Positions 28,014 through 38,654 of a stretch of DNA of 64,000 nt are shown here, one piece after another. The position numbers and the translations under genes are program-made. This DNA comes from an uncultured Alphaproteobacteria bacterium. Its GTDB lineage: Bacteria; Pseudomonadota; Alphaproteobacteria; Rs-D84. How positions within the stretch are numbered: the first letter of the stretch is position 1; each line of letters starts with the position of its first letter. The stretch covers positions 192,001 through 256,000 of the forward strand of contig CALXXY010000001.1 of assembly GCA_944392815.1 (NCBI GenBank). Reading direction: 5' to 3'. Under the pieces are notes generated by a model. The model was not told the origin of the DNA. It saw nothing but the letters and a program-made list of their open reading frames with translations, and did not search any database.

Positions 28014-28943
28014 CTATATCATATCGTAATTTTTACGGATAATTTTGCCACTGCGACGCAGGGCTGCGGATTCAGCCGCCGACAATTTTGGACGCAATGT
28101 GGCAACAACGCCACCCGCCCCAACCAGACGCGGCAAAGACATTGCAACCATATCAGCCCCCGTGCCGGACACTGTGCTGACCGTCAAAATTCTGTGTTCG
28201 TCGTTTATTATACAACGCAGTAAATCCGCAGCGGCGGCACCTATGCCGTCCCAGGTTGCGCCACGACCACGAATGATTTCATATGCCGCGTTGCGCACAC
28301 GGTGTGCGATTGTGTTGCGTGTCGTTTGTGGCATGGATATTTTCATTTGCCGGCAAAATTCGTCCAACGACAGTGCACCGACTGTGGCAGATGTCCAATC
28401 CACAACACTGCTGTCGCCATGTTCGCCCAATACGTACGCATTTATTGATTGGGTGGATACGCCCAAATGCCGTGCCAATATCGTGCGCAGACGTGCTGAA
28501 TCCAACATGGTGCCCGTGCCAATCACACGCCCCGGGGCCAGACGCGATAATTTTTGCGCCAGCATAACCATAACGTCCAACGGATTTGTCAGAATTATTA
28601 TTTTCACGTTTTTCGCATCTACGTTGGCCATGACGCGCGGAATAATGTCTGATATCACAGCGGCGTTTTTGGCCAATAAATCAGTGCGTGTTTCGCCGGG
28701 TTTTTGATTCGCACCGGCCGCAACGATAACTATATCACTGCCGCGGATACCGCGATAATTACTGACCGCGGTTATTTTTACGTCAAATCCAAAACTGGCG
28801 GCATGACCCAAATCATCGGCCGCAGCGCGCGCACGCACCCCGTCGCGATCAAATAAAACTATTTCGTGAACAAATCCTGTATTTTTAACCGCGGTTGCAA
28901 CCGCAGAACCAACTGTACCAATACCTATAATTGCTATTTTCAT
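28014..28943 (-). CDS. ldh: L-lactate dehydrogenase
   Basis: IIGIGTVG, AGANQKPGETRTDL, TNPLD, GTMLDSAR, LGEHGDS. Confidence 0.9.
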   Translation of the reverse strand: MKIAIIGIGTVGSAVATAVKNTGFVHEIVLFDRDGVRARAAADDLGHAASFGFDVKITAVSNYRGIRGSDIVIVAAGANQKPGETRTDLLAKNAAVISDIIPRVMANVDAKNVKIIILTNPLDVMVMLAQKLSRLAPGRVIGTGTMLDSARLRTILARHLGVSTQSINAYVLGEHGDSSVVDWTSATVGALSLDEFCRQMKISMPQTTRNTIAHRVRNAAYEIIRGRGATWDGIGAAAADLLRCIINDEHRILTVSTVSGTGADMVAMSLPRLVGAGGVVATLRPKLSAAESAALRRSGKIIRKNYDMI

Positions 28944-29018
28944 ATGTGTGTCCTCTCCTGAGGAAATATTATATCATAAATTGCGGGAAATTAAAAATCC
29001 CGCGTATTGCGGGATTTT

Positions 29019-30455
29019 TTAATATGATTTTGCAACATATACGTATGTTGGGTCATTATCGTCCAGGCACCGGCGCGATATTTTGTATTTTTCCATCAAT
29101 TCATCAAATTTTTCATTTGTTGTTAAATCGTATTTAATACGGAAAAATCCAATTTTACCGGCCGCCAATGCTGATTCCAGTGCGTCAATATCCGCAACAT
29201 CGTGAATCATAGTTTCATTGCGACGAACGACCGCGTCATACATATCGTGCTGGATTTGTTCCAACATATTTTTCACGTCGGCCACAAATGCGTCCGTGGA
29301 CATAGTTTGTTTTGATGATTTACCCAAATCACGACGTGTGACCGTCACATTGTTTTCGTCCATTTCACGCGCGCCAATTTCCACACGCAGTGGCACGCCG
29401 CGCTTAATCCATTTCCACATTTTATCCGGCGCGCGCATATCAGATGTATCAACCAACACACGCACGTCGATGTTTTCCAATTGTTCGCCCAATTTCTGTG
29501 CGAACGCGTTTAATGCGTCGGCCGTGTCGTCACGCGTGATTGGGATAATCACAACCTGGTACGGGGCGATGGCGGGCGGCAACACCAGCCCATCGTCGTC
29601 GGAATGCGTCATGAACAAACTGCCCATCATACGCGTGGATACGCCCCACGATGTTGTCCAGGCATGTTTTAACGCACCATCTGTATCCAAAAATTGAATA
29701 CCGAATGATTTTGAAAAATGCTGGCCCAGGTCATGTGATGTTCCGGCCTGTAAAGCTTTGCCGTCCTGCATAATGTGTTCCAGTGTATATGTGTGATCGG
29801 CACCGGCAAATCGTTCCTCGGGCGTTTTTTCACCCATGATTGACGGTATGGCCAAAATTTCGCGCATATAGTCACCATACACGCGGTGCATTTTACGCGC
29901 GTCTGCATTTGCCTCTTCATGTGTGGCGAATGCGTTGTGACCTTCCTGCCAATAAAATTCTGATGTGCGCAGGAACAGGCGTGGCCGCATTTCCCAACGC
30001 ATAACATTTACCCACTGATTCAATTTCAGCGGCAAATCGCGATACGATTGTACCCAACGCGACATTGCGTCACCGATAATTGTTTCAGACGTCGGACGAA
30101 TAACATACGGTTCCGTTAATTTTGCGTCTGGGTCGGGCTGTAATGTGCCGTCAATCATTTTCAGACGATAATGCGTGACAACGGCGGCCTCTTTGGCAAA
30201 GCCGGCGACATGTTCGGCCTCGCGATTAAAAAAATTGATTGGTATCAGTAATGGGAACTGAGCATTTTGCGCGCCACATTTTTTTATGCGTTTGTCCAAT
30301 GCATCACGCATCAATTCCCAAATGGCCCAACCATACGGCTTTATCGTCATGCACCCACGCACAGGCGCATTTTCCGCCAAATCGGCCGCAGTTATCAGGT
30401 TTTGATACCATTCGCTGAAATTTTCCGAACGGGTCGGTGTAATTGCTGTTTTCAT
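29019..30455 (-). CDS. proS: Proline--tRNA ligase, archaeal/eukaryotic type (housekeeping)
   Basis: FSEWY, VRGC, EHVAGFAKE, RPTSET, SYRDLPL..NQW.NV.RWE, WQEGH, LQAGTSH, TTSWGVSTR. Confidence 0.95.
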   Translation of the reverse strand: MKTAITPTRSENFSEWYQNLITAADLAENAPVRGCMTIKPYGWAIWELMRDALDKRIKKCGAQNAQFPLLIPINFFNREAEHVAGFAKEAAVVTHYRLKMIDGTLQPDPDAKLTEPYVIRPTSETIIGDAMSRWVQSYRDLPLKLNQWVNVMRWEMRPRLFLRTSEFYWQEGHNAFATHEEANADARKMHRVYGDYMREILAIPSIMGEKTPEERFAGADHTYTLEHIMQDGKALQAGTSHDLGQHFSKSFGIQFLDTDGALKHAWTTSWGVSTRMMGSLFMTHSDDDGLVLPPAIAPYQVVIIPITRDDTADALNAFAQKLGEQLENIDVRVLVDTSDMRAPDKMWKWIKRGVPLRVEIGAREMDENNVTVTRRDLGKSSKQTMSTDAFVADVKNMLEQIQHDMYDAVVRRNETMIHDVADIDALESALAAGKIGFFRIKYDLTTNEKFDELMEKYKISRRCLDDNDPTYVYVAKSY

Positions 30456-30473
30456 TGTTTTTAATCTCTTTTA

Positions 30474-31301
30474 TTATTTTGCATGTTTATTTTTTAATTC
30501 CATATATTTATCAGAAACTGTTTTGTGCAGCGTTTCTGCAATCTGCTTTCTGTCCATACCCGCCAGGGGCGGTGGTGGCAACACAGTCAATTCAACCATA
30601 AATCCACCCAACATCATGATGTGAAATACCTGGCCGAATGCGCTGCGTTCACGTGAACACGCGGGACCCATATCCTGGTTTGAATTATTAAAGTATGCAA
30701 AATGTTCCGCCATGTCCGCATCGGATATCGGACTGCCGTCGCGAAAACGATAATTCATGACCAGCGGTTGTACAACCACGTCCGAATTTTCAACAAAATT
30801 GAACAAAGTGCTTTTAAATGGTTTTACATACGCGCCGTTTGTTGTGGTACCTTCGGGAAATAAAAATACAGGATACGACACAGTGTTCAATGTATCGCGA
30901 ACCTGGGCCAATGCGTCCAGCGCGTGCGATGGGCGACGGTCAATAAACACCACACCAAATTTACGCGCAACCCAGCCAACCAATGGCCATGATTCCATTT
31001 CTTTTTTGGCAATAAAACTGCCGCCCAAGGCAACTGGGAACGTTGCGATTTCGAAAATAGATATGTGATTGGATATGACCAATAACGGCCTGTGCGATGA
31101 AATTTTTCCATGCACGCGGATTTTTATTCCAGCCAACACCAACAATATCCGCATAAAAAATGACATATATTTCACCGACCATTTTGAACGCGGCAATACC
31201 AAAATTATTGGCAATTGGATTGCAACCATAATCCAAAACGCAGTGAATTTTAATACTGCACCAAACGTGTTAAAAATATTTTGCCGTCTGACGTGTGCCA
31301 T
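30474..31301 (-). CDS. olsA: Lysophospholipid acyltransferase, OlsA/PlsC-like
   Basis: SNHISIFE, FIAKKE, FIDRR, FPEGTT; coupled to an olsB-like gene. Confidence 0.7.
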   Translation of the reverse strand: MAHVRRQNIFNTFGAVLKFTAFWIMVAIQLPIILVLPRSKWSVKYMSFFMRILLVLAGIKIRVHGKISSHRPLLVISNHISIFEIATFPVALGGSFIAKKEMESWPLVGWVARKFGVVFIDRRPSHALDALAQVRDTLNTVSYPVFLFPEGTTTNGAYVKPFKSTLFNFVENSDVVVQPLVMNYRFRDGSPISDADMAEHFAYFNNSNQDMGPACSRERSAFGQVFHIMMLGGFMVELTVLPPPPLAGMDRKQIAETLHKTVSDKYMELKNKHAK

Positions 31302-32260
31302 TATTTTTCGTCCCCATCATCGTCATGTTCATCATCGATGTATTCAGCGTCGGCGGCATCTTCGCGCAGTAAAAATTCCAGAACCGAACGAACCATTTTA
31401 AACGACCCCGTCACAGGCAGCAGCATAATTTTGCCAACTGTTTTTAACGGATTGTCGCGCACGTCCAGATTTTCCAGCGCATTTTCACGCCCCAGGAAAT
31501 GTTTCTGGTATGCGGCATCAATTTTTTTGGTTTGCACCATGACAAATACATCATACGAATTGAACGGTTTATCAATAAATACGCCGCGACCAAATGTCGC
31601 CCCCAAACGTAAATAGCCCTTTATCAACGGGGTCATTTGACGGCGGGCGTCTGTTTCGTCAACAAATTCGCGCGGCAAAATATTCATGCGCGACAGTTTC
31701 GGATTAACGCCTTCGGCGAAATTTTCACTTAACACCGTGGCGCGCAATCCCAATGGCGACAAATGATTGTAATACAGGTATGAAATGGCCTGGGCAGATT
31801 CCACGGATTTTGTGCCAACCCATGACGCAACACCAAACAAAATCGCAATTTTGCGGCGCATTACAAATTCACCCAGCCCCGCCCATAACATACGCATAAC
31901 CAGCGCATTATCACGATATTCGCGTTTCACACATGCGCGCGACATTTCTGCGATATTGCCGTCGACCTTTTTAATTTTTGAAATATTAAATTCTGTTTCG
32001 GTATAAAAACTGCCCATTTTTTCGGCATTGTTGCGGTCAATTATACGATATGTGCCAACAATTTTTCCATTGTGAAACACCGCCAAATATTCGGCATAGC
32101 GGTCAAAATCATCATATTCTTCGCGCAGATTTTTTTGTTCTTCGGTGGCGGTGGCACCCTCTTCCTCGACAAAAACTTCATAGCGTAATTGACGCACCTG
32201 GCGACGTTCTTCTTTGTTTCTGGTTAAACGCACTTCGTAATCGCGAACCTTGATAGCCAT
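31301..32260 (-). CDS. olsB: GNAT N-acyltransferase, ornithine-lipid OlsB-like
   Basis: QLRYEVFVEE, D.FD, VGTYR, FYTETEF, EMSRACV..YR, PLIKGYLRLGA. Confidence 0.8.
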   Translation of the reverse strand: MAIKVRDYEVRLTRNKEERRQVRQLRYEVFVEEEGATATEEQKNLREEYDDFDRYAEYLAVFHNGKIVGTYRIIDRNNAEKMGSFYTETEFNISKIKKVDGNIAEMSRACVKREYRDNALVMRMLWAGLGEFVMRRKIAILFGVASWVGTKSVESAQAISYLYYNHLSPLGLRATVLSENFAEGVNPKLSRMNILPREFVDETDARRQMTPLIKGYLRLGATFGRGVFIDKPFNSYDVFVMVQTKKIDAAYQKHFLGRENALENLDVRDNPLKTVGKIMLLPVTGSFKMVRSVLEFLLREDAADAEYIDDEHDDDGDEK

Positions 32261-32329
32261 AGATTTATACCTTTTTATATTTTCCTATGCTGTCAAGAAT
32301 ACCAAAGAAAACCGCCCTTTTCAATTATT

Positions 32330-33409
32330 TTATTGTTTTAATTCATCGGCCAGTGTCGCAATGGCAATTGCATACCAATTTGAACTGTTCCATTTTTTTA
32401 TGCGGTAAAAGTTGGGATACGTCAAATACGCATAAATCACGGGTTGTGGCGCGACATCCGTGTCAACCGCGTTGGGATCAGTGTTCGCCGTGGCCGACGC
32501 AATTGCCGCGGCACGCGCCGCATTTATTGCATTCACATCGGCAACCAAACCGGCCGTCATATCCGCCATGGGAATTGCCGTGCCGTCTGGATTCGTCACA
32601 CCCATTGCTGCCCATTCTGGTAATGGCCTGCGTGTTTTGCCGTCCAACAAAGAAATATCAAAATTCCCCGGCAACATAACACGGCGAACTATGCGTTCGT
32701 TTGGGTTCCAGCCCAATTTATGCAGATAATTACCCGCGCTGAACATGGCGTCGCCAACACTGTGAATAATATCTATTTTGCCGTCGCCGTTGCCGTCCGC
32801 ACCGTATTGTTGCAATGTTGTCGGAATAAATTGAAAATGCCCCATGGCGCCCGCCCAACTGCCGTGAATGTCGTTTATATCCAGGCCGTTATCATCGGCT
32901 ATTTTCATTAACGCCAATAATTGATTGCCGAAAAAAGTTTCACGACGCCCTTCGTACATTAACGTTAAAAATGCATCTGTTAATTTATGCGCCGCGCGAT
33001 ACGAACCGTAATTCGATTCCAATCCCCAAAAAGCCAATATCACATGTGGTTGAACATCGTATTTTTGTTCCACACGCGATAACATTGTCGGATACGTCGC
33101 ACGCATTTCGCGCCCGTTTTTTATACGACGGGAATTCACAGTGCGCGCCAAATAATCGTCCAGTGTTAATTTAAATTCCGCCTGATTTCGGTCACTTTTC
33201 ACAATAGATGGAATAAACGCTGGATATTTCAACGTTGCGTTAATTGTATCGTCTGATATGCCATTTGACGTGGCACGCGTACGCACATTATCCAAAATAT
33301 CATACCAGCGACCCACATCGAATGCACCGCGTTCTGCATGCGCCACAAATGGGAAAAACATCACCATCGCCACGCCCACCAGGCGTGCGATACAACTGCA
33401 TTTCATCAT
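32330..33409 (-). CDS. mltB: Lytic murein transglycosylase (MltB family)
   Basis: AFWGLESNYG, GSWAGAMGHFQFIPTT, DGNGDGKIDI, NF..IKKWNSS..YA. Confidence 0.9.
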   Translation of the reverse strand: MMKCSCIARLVGVAMVMFFPFVAHAERGAFDVGRWYDILDNVRTRATSNGISDDTINATLKYPAFIPSIVKSDRNQAEFKLTLDDYLARTVNSRRIKNGREMRATYPTMLSRVEQKYDVQPHVILAFWGLESNYGSYRAAHKLTDAFLTLMYEGRRETFFGNQLLALMKIADDNGLDINDIHGSWAGAMGHFQFIPTTLQQYGADGNGDGKIDIIHSVGDAMFSAGNYLHKLGWNPNERIVRRVMLPGNFDISLLDGKTRRPLPEWAAMGVTNPDGTAIPMADMTAGLVADVNAINAARAAAIASATANTDPNAVDTDVAPQPVIYAYLTYPNFYRIKKWNSSNWYAIAIATLADELKQ

Positions 33410-33421
33410 ATTGCACCCCCA

Positions 33422-34897
33422 TTAAAACGAGTATTTCAATCCGACATGCAACCCAAACGATTGCCATATTGCATGATCCAACTGGTCGGAAATTTCCACT
33501 GTGCTGGCCGGGACAGTTTCCAAAATCGGCATACCATTTTCGTCCAAAATGTAATATCCGTTTTCGTCCAACAGCCAACTGGTGTATTCGGCCAAATACA
33601 ATTCACCGCCAATCGCGCCGATGTGGAAATAATCGGTGTCAACCTTGATAGACAACTGCATACGGTCAGAAATTTGATAGTTGTATTCCATTTCTGCGGC
33701 GTATGAATATGCACCATTGTCCCCCTCGTCCAGGAAACTGGGGTTCTGTTGCCAATCAGTACGGTTTGGCCAGGTCCCCTCGGACGAATATTTGGGCAAA
33801 CCGACCTGGAAATAAAAACGCAATTTATCCTTTAGCGTCATTTGTTTTTCCATTTCCAGCCCGATATAAAACCCGGACCATGTAGTATTATAAATGTGCG
33901 TTGTACCAGATACAATAATCGGCCCATCGCCACCAATAATAACACATTCGCCAGAATCCACACCCCACGGCACGTATCCCATATCTGGGTTATAATCACC
34001 CGTCACCAGTGATGTGCCCAATCCCAATATACCGCCGGAATTCGTTGTTTGGACGAGTTTAATATCCTCGGGCGACATGCAGACCTGGTACCAATCGTCC
34101 TGGGGCGTCATGTTGATTGGCACAGAATAATAATTGCCGTCAACGTCGCCGTATACATAATCACCATTGCTGGTCATCAACGGCAGGTATATGCCCTGGT
34201 TCGGGTAATAATGGTCGGACATTTCCAGGTTATGATTAAATATTTCATACCCGATTGATGGCGACAATTTCCACCCGCCAATATCCCAAACATGGTGGGC
34301 ACCCAAACCTATTTTAAAATGATTGGTGCGTCCAGATTGATCGCCAACCGATACTGTAAATATTCCGTTATACGGTTCAGACGCATCATACGGTTCCAAA
34401 TCATAGTCCATGGACATGCCACCATGCGACATGGTTCCAAAACTGTATTCGCCGTATGCGAACATATCAAAATTGCGAATGCTGAAATTATGACGAATAC
34501 CAACGCCAATTTCATTGAACACCATATCGTCCCATTCCAGCACAGAATTCACACCCGTTTTAAATTCAAAATCTGCAAATCTGCGCGTATATGTGGCGTA
34601 TATAGACGTTCTGTCGTCCACAGGCATTGCAATGCCGTTTGCGGTCATTGTGCCGGCGGTTGTTGGCAGCGTTGGGCGCGGCACCTGGTACGAAGTGGTG
34701 CGCGAACCGACAACCTGTTTATTTCCGGATTGGCCAACGTATTGGGTGTATCCCTGGTCAGCATAATTACCGTATGCGGCACGATTTACCGTTGTGGTAT
34801 CGTTTGTTTGATAATACGAAGGCACCCCCTCGTTCGACGCGACGGCCGCAACAGGTGCCAGAATTCCGCATAAAAATGATATTCTTCCTTTCTTCAT
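33422..34897 (-). CDS. Outer-membrane beta-barrel protein, possibly omptin-like
   Basis: Signal peptide; SVLEW and SMDYDL segments; ends VGLKYSF. Confidence 0.65.
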   Translation of the reverse strand: MKKGRISFLCGILAPVAAVASNEGVPSYYQTNDTTTVNRAAYGNYADQGYTQYVGQSGNKQVVGSRTTSYQVPRPTLPTTAGTMTANGIAMPVDDRTSIYATYTRRFADFEFKTGVNSVLEWDDMVFNEIGVGIRHNFSIRNFDMFAYGEYSFGTMSHGGMSMDYDLEPYDASEPYNGIFTVSVGDQSGRTNHFKIGLGAHHVWDIGGWKLSPSIGYEIFNHNLEMSDHYYPNQGIYLPLMTSNGDYVYGDVDGNYYSVPINMTPQDDWYQVCMSPEDIKLVQTTNSGGILGLGTSLVTGDYNPDMGYVPWGVDSGECVIIGGDGPIIVSGTTHIYNTTWSGFYIGLEMEKQMTLKDKLRFYFQVGLPKYSSEGTWPNRTDWQQNPSFLDEGDNGAYSYAAEMEYNYQISDRMQLSIKVDTDYFHIGAIGGELYLAEYTSWLLDENGYYILDENGMPILETVPASTVEISDQLDHAIWQSFGLHVGLKYSF

Positions 34898-35008
34898 GCC
34901 TACATTGACAGATATATTCTAGCATAAAAAATATTTATATGGAAAGTACTTTTTTTATTTCGCAAATCAAATACTGGATTTTCAATGTTTTTAATATAGA
35001 ATGCAGGT

Positions 35009-36067
35009 ATGATTCCACCGCATAATATCTATATCCATGTTCCGTTTTGCATTTCTAAATGCAATTATTGTGCGTTTTTTTCACGCGCGTGCGAAAATCC
35101 GGATTGGCATGAATACGAAAACAATATTTTGCGCGAAATTGCACACTGGGCGCAATTATTGGGGCGCGTGCATGTGCCGACTGTATTTTTTGGGGGGGGT
35201 ACACCGTCGCTGATGCCGGTTAAAACATTTGAAAACATTATGTCGGCATTACGCAATTCGTTTTATGTTGATTCTGATTGCGAAATAACATTGGAATCAA
35301 ATCCTGGCACAATTGACGATGAAAAAATGGCCGGGTTTATTGATGCGGGCATGAACAGATTATCTGTTGGCGTGCAATCATTAGACGATACAAAATTGCA
35401 ATTTCTGGGGCGGCGACATAACGCGCGCACAGCGTTGAATTTATTAAATGCCGCTGTGGCACGAAACATTCGTGTGTCCGCAGATTTTATATACGGATTG
35501 CCCGGCGATACAGTGTCCGATGTAATAAAACTGTGCGGTGATATAAATTCGCTGGGACTGAATCATTGTTCCATGTATGAATTAACCCTGGAACCGGGCA
35601 CACCATTTGCAAACATGCAATTGCAAATGCCGTCCAATGACGAAATGGCCGATATGTATAATGCTGTTGGCGATAATTTATCCATTCCCAGGTACGAAGT
35701 TTCAAACTATGCCGCCCCAGGCAATGAATGCAAACACAATATGAATGTGTGGGACGGCGCGCCATACGTGGGCATTGGACGTGGCGCGGCCGGGCGCGTT
35801 TTAATTGACGACGTGTGGTATGAACAATTGGGTGGTGGCGTGCGTTTTGAAAAACTGTCGCCCGGTGCGCGCGCGATTGAACGCGTGATTACTGGGCTGC
35901 GCATGGTGCGTGGCGTTGGCCTTGACAAAGATGTGAAAAAAATAATAAATATGGACTATGTTCACGCGCACGGTGATTTAATACGCACAACAGCAAATAA
36001 CAGATTGGCGGCAACACCGCGTGGCATGTTGGTTTTGGACGATATAATACTGAATCTGGTGGGGTAA
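35009..36067 (+). CDS. hemW: Radical SAM heme chaperone HemW
   Basis: YIHVPFCISKCNYCAF, FFGGGTPS, EITLESNP, RLSVGVQS, YEVSNYA. Confidence 0.9.
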   Translation: MIPPHNIYIHVPFCISKCNYCAFFSRACENPDWHEYENNILREIAHWAQLLGRVHVPTVFFGGGTPSLMPVKTFENIMSALRNSFYVDSDCEITLESNPGTIDDEKMAGFIDAGMNRLSVGVQSLDDTKLQFLGRRHNARTALNLLNAAVARNIRVSADFIYGLPGDTVSDVIKLCGDINSLGLNHCSMYELTLEPGTPFANMQLQMPSNDEMADMYNAVGDNLSIPRYEVSNYAAPGNECKHNMNVWDGAPYVGIGRGAAGRVLIDDVWYEQLGGGVRFEKLSPGARAIERVITGLRMVRGVGLDKDVKKIINMDYVHAHGDLIRTTANNRLAATPRGMLVLDDIILNLVG

Positions 36068-36068
36068 A

Positions 36069-38066
36069 ATGCAACATAAATTTTTAAACTTAATTGGTAT
36101 AGTGGCAGTTGTAATCGCTGTCGCAGTGGCATATATTATTACACAACCAAAGGGGGAAATTGTTATGAATTCCGGTATTAAAACTGAAAATATGGATTTA
36201 TCTGTACGGCCTGGCGATGATTTTTATGATTATGCCACACGGGGGTGGCGCGCTGCGCATACGATTCCTGCGGACTATACACGATATGGCGCATTTGAAA
36301 TATTACATGACACAAATTTAAACCGCGTGCGCGAAATCGCTGAAAAAGACAACGGGAAAATCGGCACACTGTATAAAATCGCAATGGACGCCGATAAATT
36401 AAACGCCGATGGTGTTGAACCAGTCGCACCGTATTTGTCTGAAATTGATAATATTAAATCAGTGGCGGATTTGCCCGCATACCTGGGGAAAATGCAAAAA
36501 TTTACGTCTGCATTCTGGGGCGATGGGGTTGGCCTGGACGAAAAAGACAGCGAATATTATTTATACAATATTGGCCAGGGTGGCATTGGTCTGTCGCGTG
36601 ATTATTATTTTGACGATGATGAAAAATCTGTGGAAATTCGTACTAAATATCGCGAATTTATTGCCAAACAATTGAAAAATTTTGGCATAAATGCCGACGC
36701 AAATAAAATCTATGAAACAGAAGAACGCATGGCGCGCGCATTTTATCCAAAAGAAAAACTGCGCGACCCGGCCGCCAATTATCATAAAATGACTGTCGAT
36801 GAAGTAAAACAACAATTTCCGAATTTTGATTGGGACACATACCTGGCCGCGCGTGGCGCCACCGCCGCAACGCACATCAATATCAATCAGCCCGAGGCCA
36901 TCGCTGAATCCATTGCCATCATGAATGATACTGATATTGGACTGTTGCGCGATTATTTAAAATACCGCGTTATCAGCGCAGCAGATACTTTGTTGGACGA
37001 CGATACGTATGAAATATCATTTGATTTTTACAATCGTACTATGGCCGGACAAATTGAACAAAAACCGCGCTGGAAACGTGCCGTGTCATTACTGGACGGA
37101 ACATTGGGCGAAGAAATCGGCCGACTGTATGTTCAAAAATATTTTTCGCCGGCCGCCAAAGAACGCATGCAGGATTTGGTGAAAAATCTGCAACGCGCGT
37201 TGGGTATGCGAATTGAAAATCTGACATGGATGTCAAATGATACAAAACAGCAGGCGTTGGAAAAATTAAACGCGTTCAAAGCAAAAATCGGATATCCAGA
37301 TAAATGGCGCGACTATTCCGAATTGGAAATCAGTGCAGATGCGTCACTGTGGGAAAATATCGTACGCGTGTCTGAATTCGAAGACGCGTTCTGGATTGCC
37401 AAAATCGGCCAGAAAAAAGATCCGACCATTTGGTACATGAACGCGCACGAGGTAAACGCTTATTACGACCCCAGCAACAACGAAGTGTGTTTCCCGGCCG
37501 GAATTTTGCAGTATCCGTTTTTCGATATGGACGCAGACGACGCGTTTAACTATGGCGCAATTGGCAGTGTCATTGGCCACGAAATGACACATGGTTTTGA
37601 TGATTCAGGGCGTCAATTTGACGCAAATGGTAATATGCGCGATTGGTGGACGACCGATGACGCAGATGGATTTGTCACACGCGCCAATGTTATGCGCGAC
37701 CATTTCAATAAAATCCAGGTTGCACCAAACGTTTATGCCAATGGCGAATTTACGTTGGGTGAAAATTTGGCGGACTATGGTGGTGTGACGGTGTCGTATA
37801 CCGCATATTCCAATTTCGGCACACCGGGCACGGTGATTGACGGACTGACACCGTCCATGCGATTTTTCATTGCGTATGCAGGCGTATGGGCCCAGAATAT
37901 CCGCGATGCCGAAGCGCTGCGTTTAACCAAAATGGACGAACATTCATTGGGTCGGTGGCGCGTGAATGGAATATTGCCGCATATAAATGCATGGTATGAC
38001 GCGTTTGGTGTTGCCCCAGCCGATAAATTATACATTGCCCCCGAAAACCGCGTGACATTGTGGTAG
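36069..38066 (+). CDS. pepO: M13 family metallopeptidase (PepO/neprilysin-like)
   Basis: PGDDFY, KIGYPD, VNAYY, FPAGILQ, GHEMTHGFDD, GENLAD. Confidence 0.93.
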   Translation: MQHKFLNLIGIVAVVIAVAVAYIITQPKGEIVMNSGIKTENMDLSVRPGDDFYDYATRGWRAAHTIPADYTRYGAFEILHDTNLNRVREIAEKDNGKIGTLYKIAMDADKLNADGVEPVAPYLSEIDNIKSVADLPAYLGKMQKFTSAFWGDGVGLDEKDSEYYLYNIGQGGIGLSRDYYFDDDEKSVEIRTKYREFIAKQLKNFGINADANKIYETEERMARAFYPKEKLRDPAANYHKMTVDEVKQQFPNFDWDTYLAARGATAATHININQPEAIAESIAIMNDTDIGLLRDYLKYRVISAADTLLDDDTYEISFDFYNRTMAGQIEQKPRWKRAVSLLDGTLGEEIGRLYVQKYFSPAAKERMQDLVKNLQRALGMRIENLTWMSNDTKQQALEKLNAFKAKIGYPDKWRDYSELEISADASLWENIVRVSEFEDAFWIAKIGQKKDPTIWYMNAHEVNAYYDPSNNEVCFPAGILQYPFFDMDADDAFNYGAIGSVIGHEMTHGFDDSGRQFDANGNMRDWWTTDDADGFVTRANVMRDHFNKIQVAPNVYANGEFTLGENLADYGGVTVSYTAYSNFGTPGTVIDGLTPSMRFFIAYAGVWAQNIRDAEALRLTKMDEHSLGRWRVNGILPHINAWYDAFGVAPADKLYIAPENRVTLW

Positions 38067-38099
38067 AGCCACTGCAAAGGGGTACAAACGTTGCCACAC

Positions 38100-38622
38100 T
38101 TTGCCCGCGATGACAGTGTGGGGGGATAAGTGGATAATCGCGCATTCTCTGACCACCCCGGCACTACGTGCCACCCCTCCGCAGAGGGGAACTTTAACCT
38201 TCGTCCTGTCGCGCGGGGCCCCCGCAAACACAAATGTGTTTGTGGGGTGGACAAGGCGGGAATAGGGTCTATAAAAAATTCATATCGCGGTTTTTGTGAT
38301 AATAAAAATACAACACGGAATTATTCCCCAAATTAAATAACTAACAACAACCACAGCCCTATTCCCGCCTGCGCGGGAATGACAAGTTAAGGGAGTAAGT
38401 GTTTTTTCTTGAACTCTCTAACCACCCCGCCCTAGCCACCCACGCGACACGTCGCGCGGGGCCCGGTGTTCGGGCACCCCTCCAATGGAGGAGAACTGGC
38501 TGCGCGACGGGACGAAGACCAAGTTCCCCTCTGCGGAGGGGTGGGCGAAGCCCGGGGTGGTCATTGTACCCCGCGCGTATGCGCGGACATTATCTACACT
38601 CTATACTCTACACTCTTCACTC
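38100..38622. repeat. Cluster of REP-like palindromic elements plus a 7-bp tandem repeat
   Basis: GACCACCCCG..CACCCCTCCGCAGAGGGGAACT at 38151-38193, inverted at 38522-38562, variant at 38420-38497; ATTCCCGCCTGCGCGGGAATGAC at 38361-38383; CT(A/T)(C/T)ACT x4 at 38594-38621. Confidence 0.75.
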
Positions 38623-38654
38623 TAATAAAAAACGGGGCGATGCCCCGTTTTTTA

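Noticed and set aside
38067-38654. CRISPR array
   Set aside because: The repeats are heterogeneous, partly inverted and irregularly spaced, and there are no cas genes.
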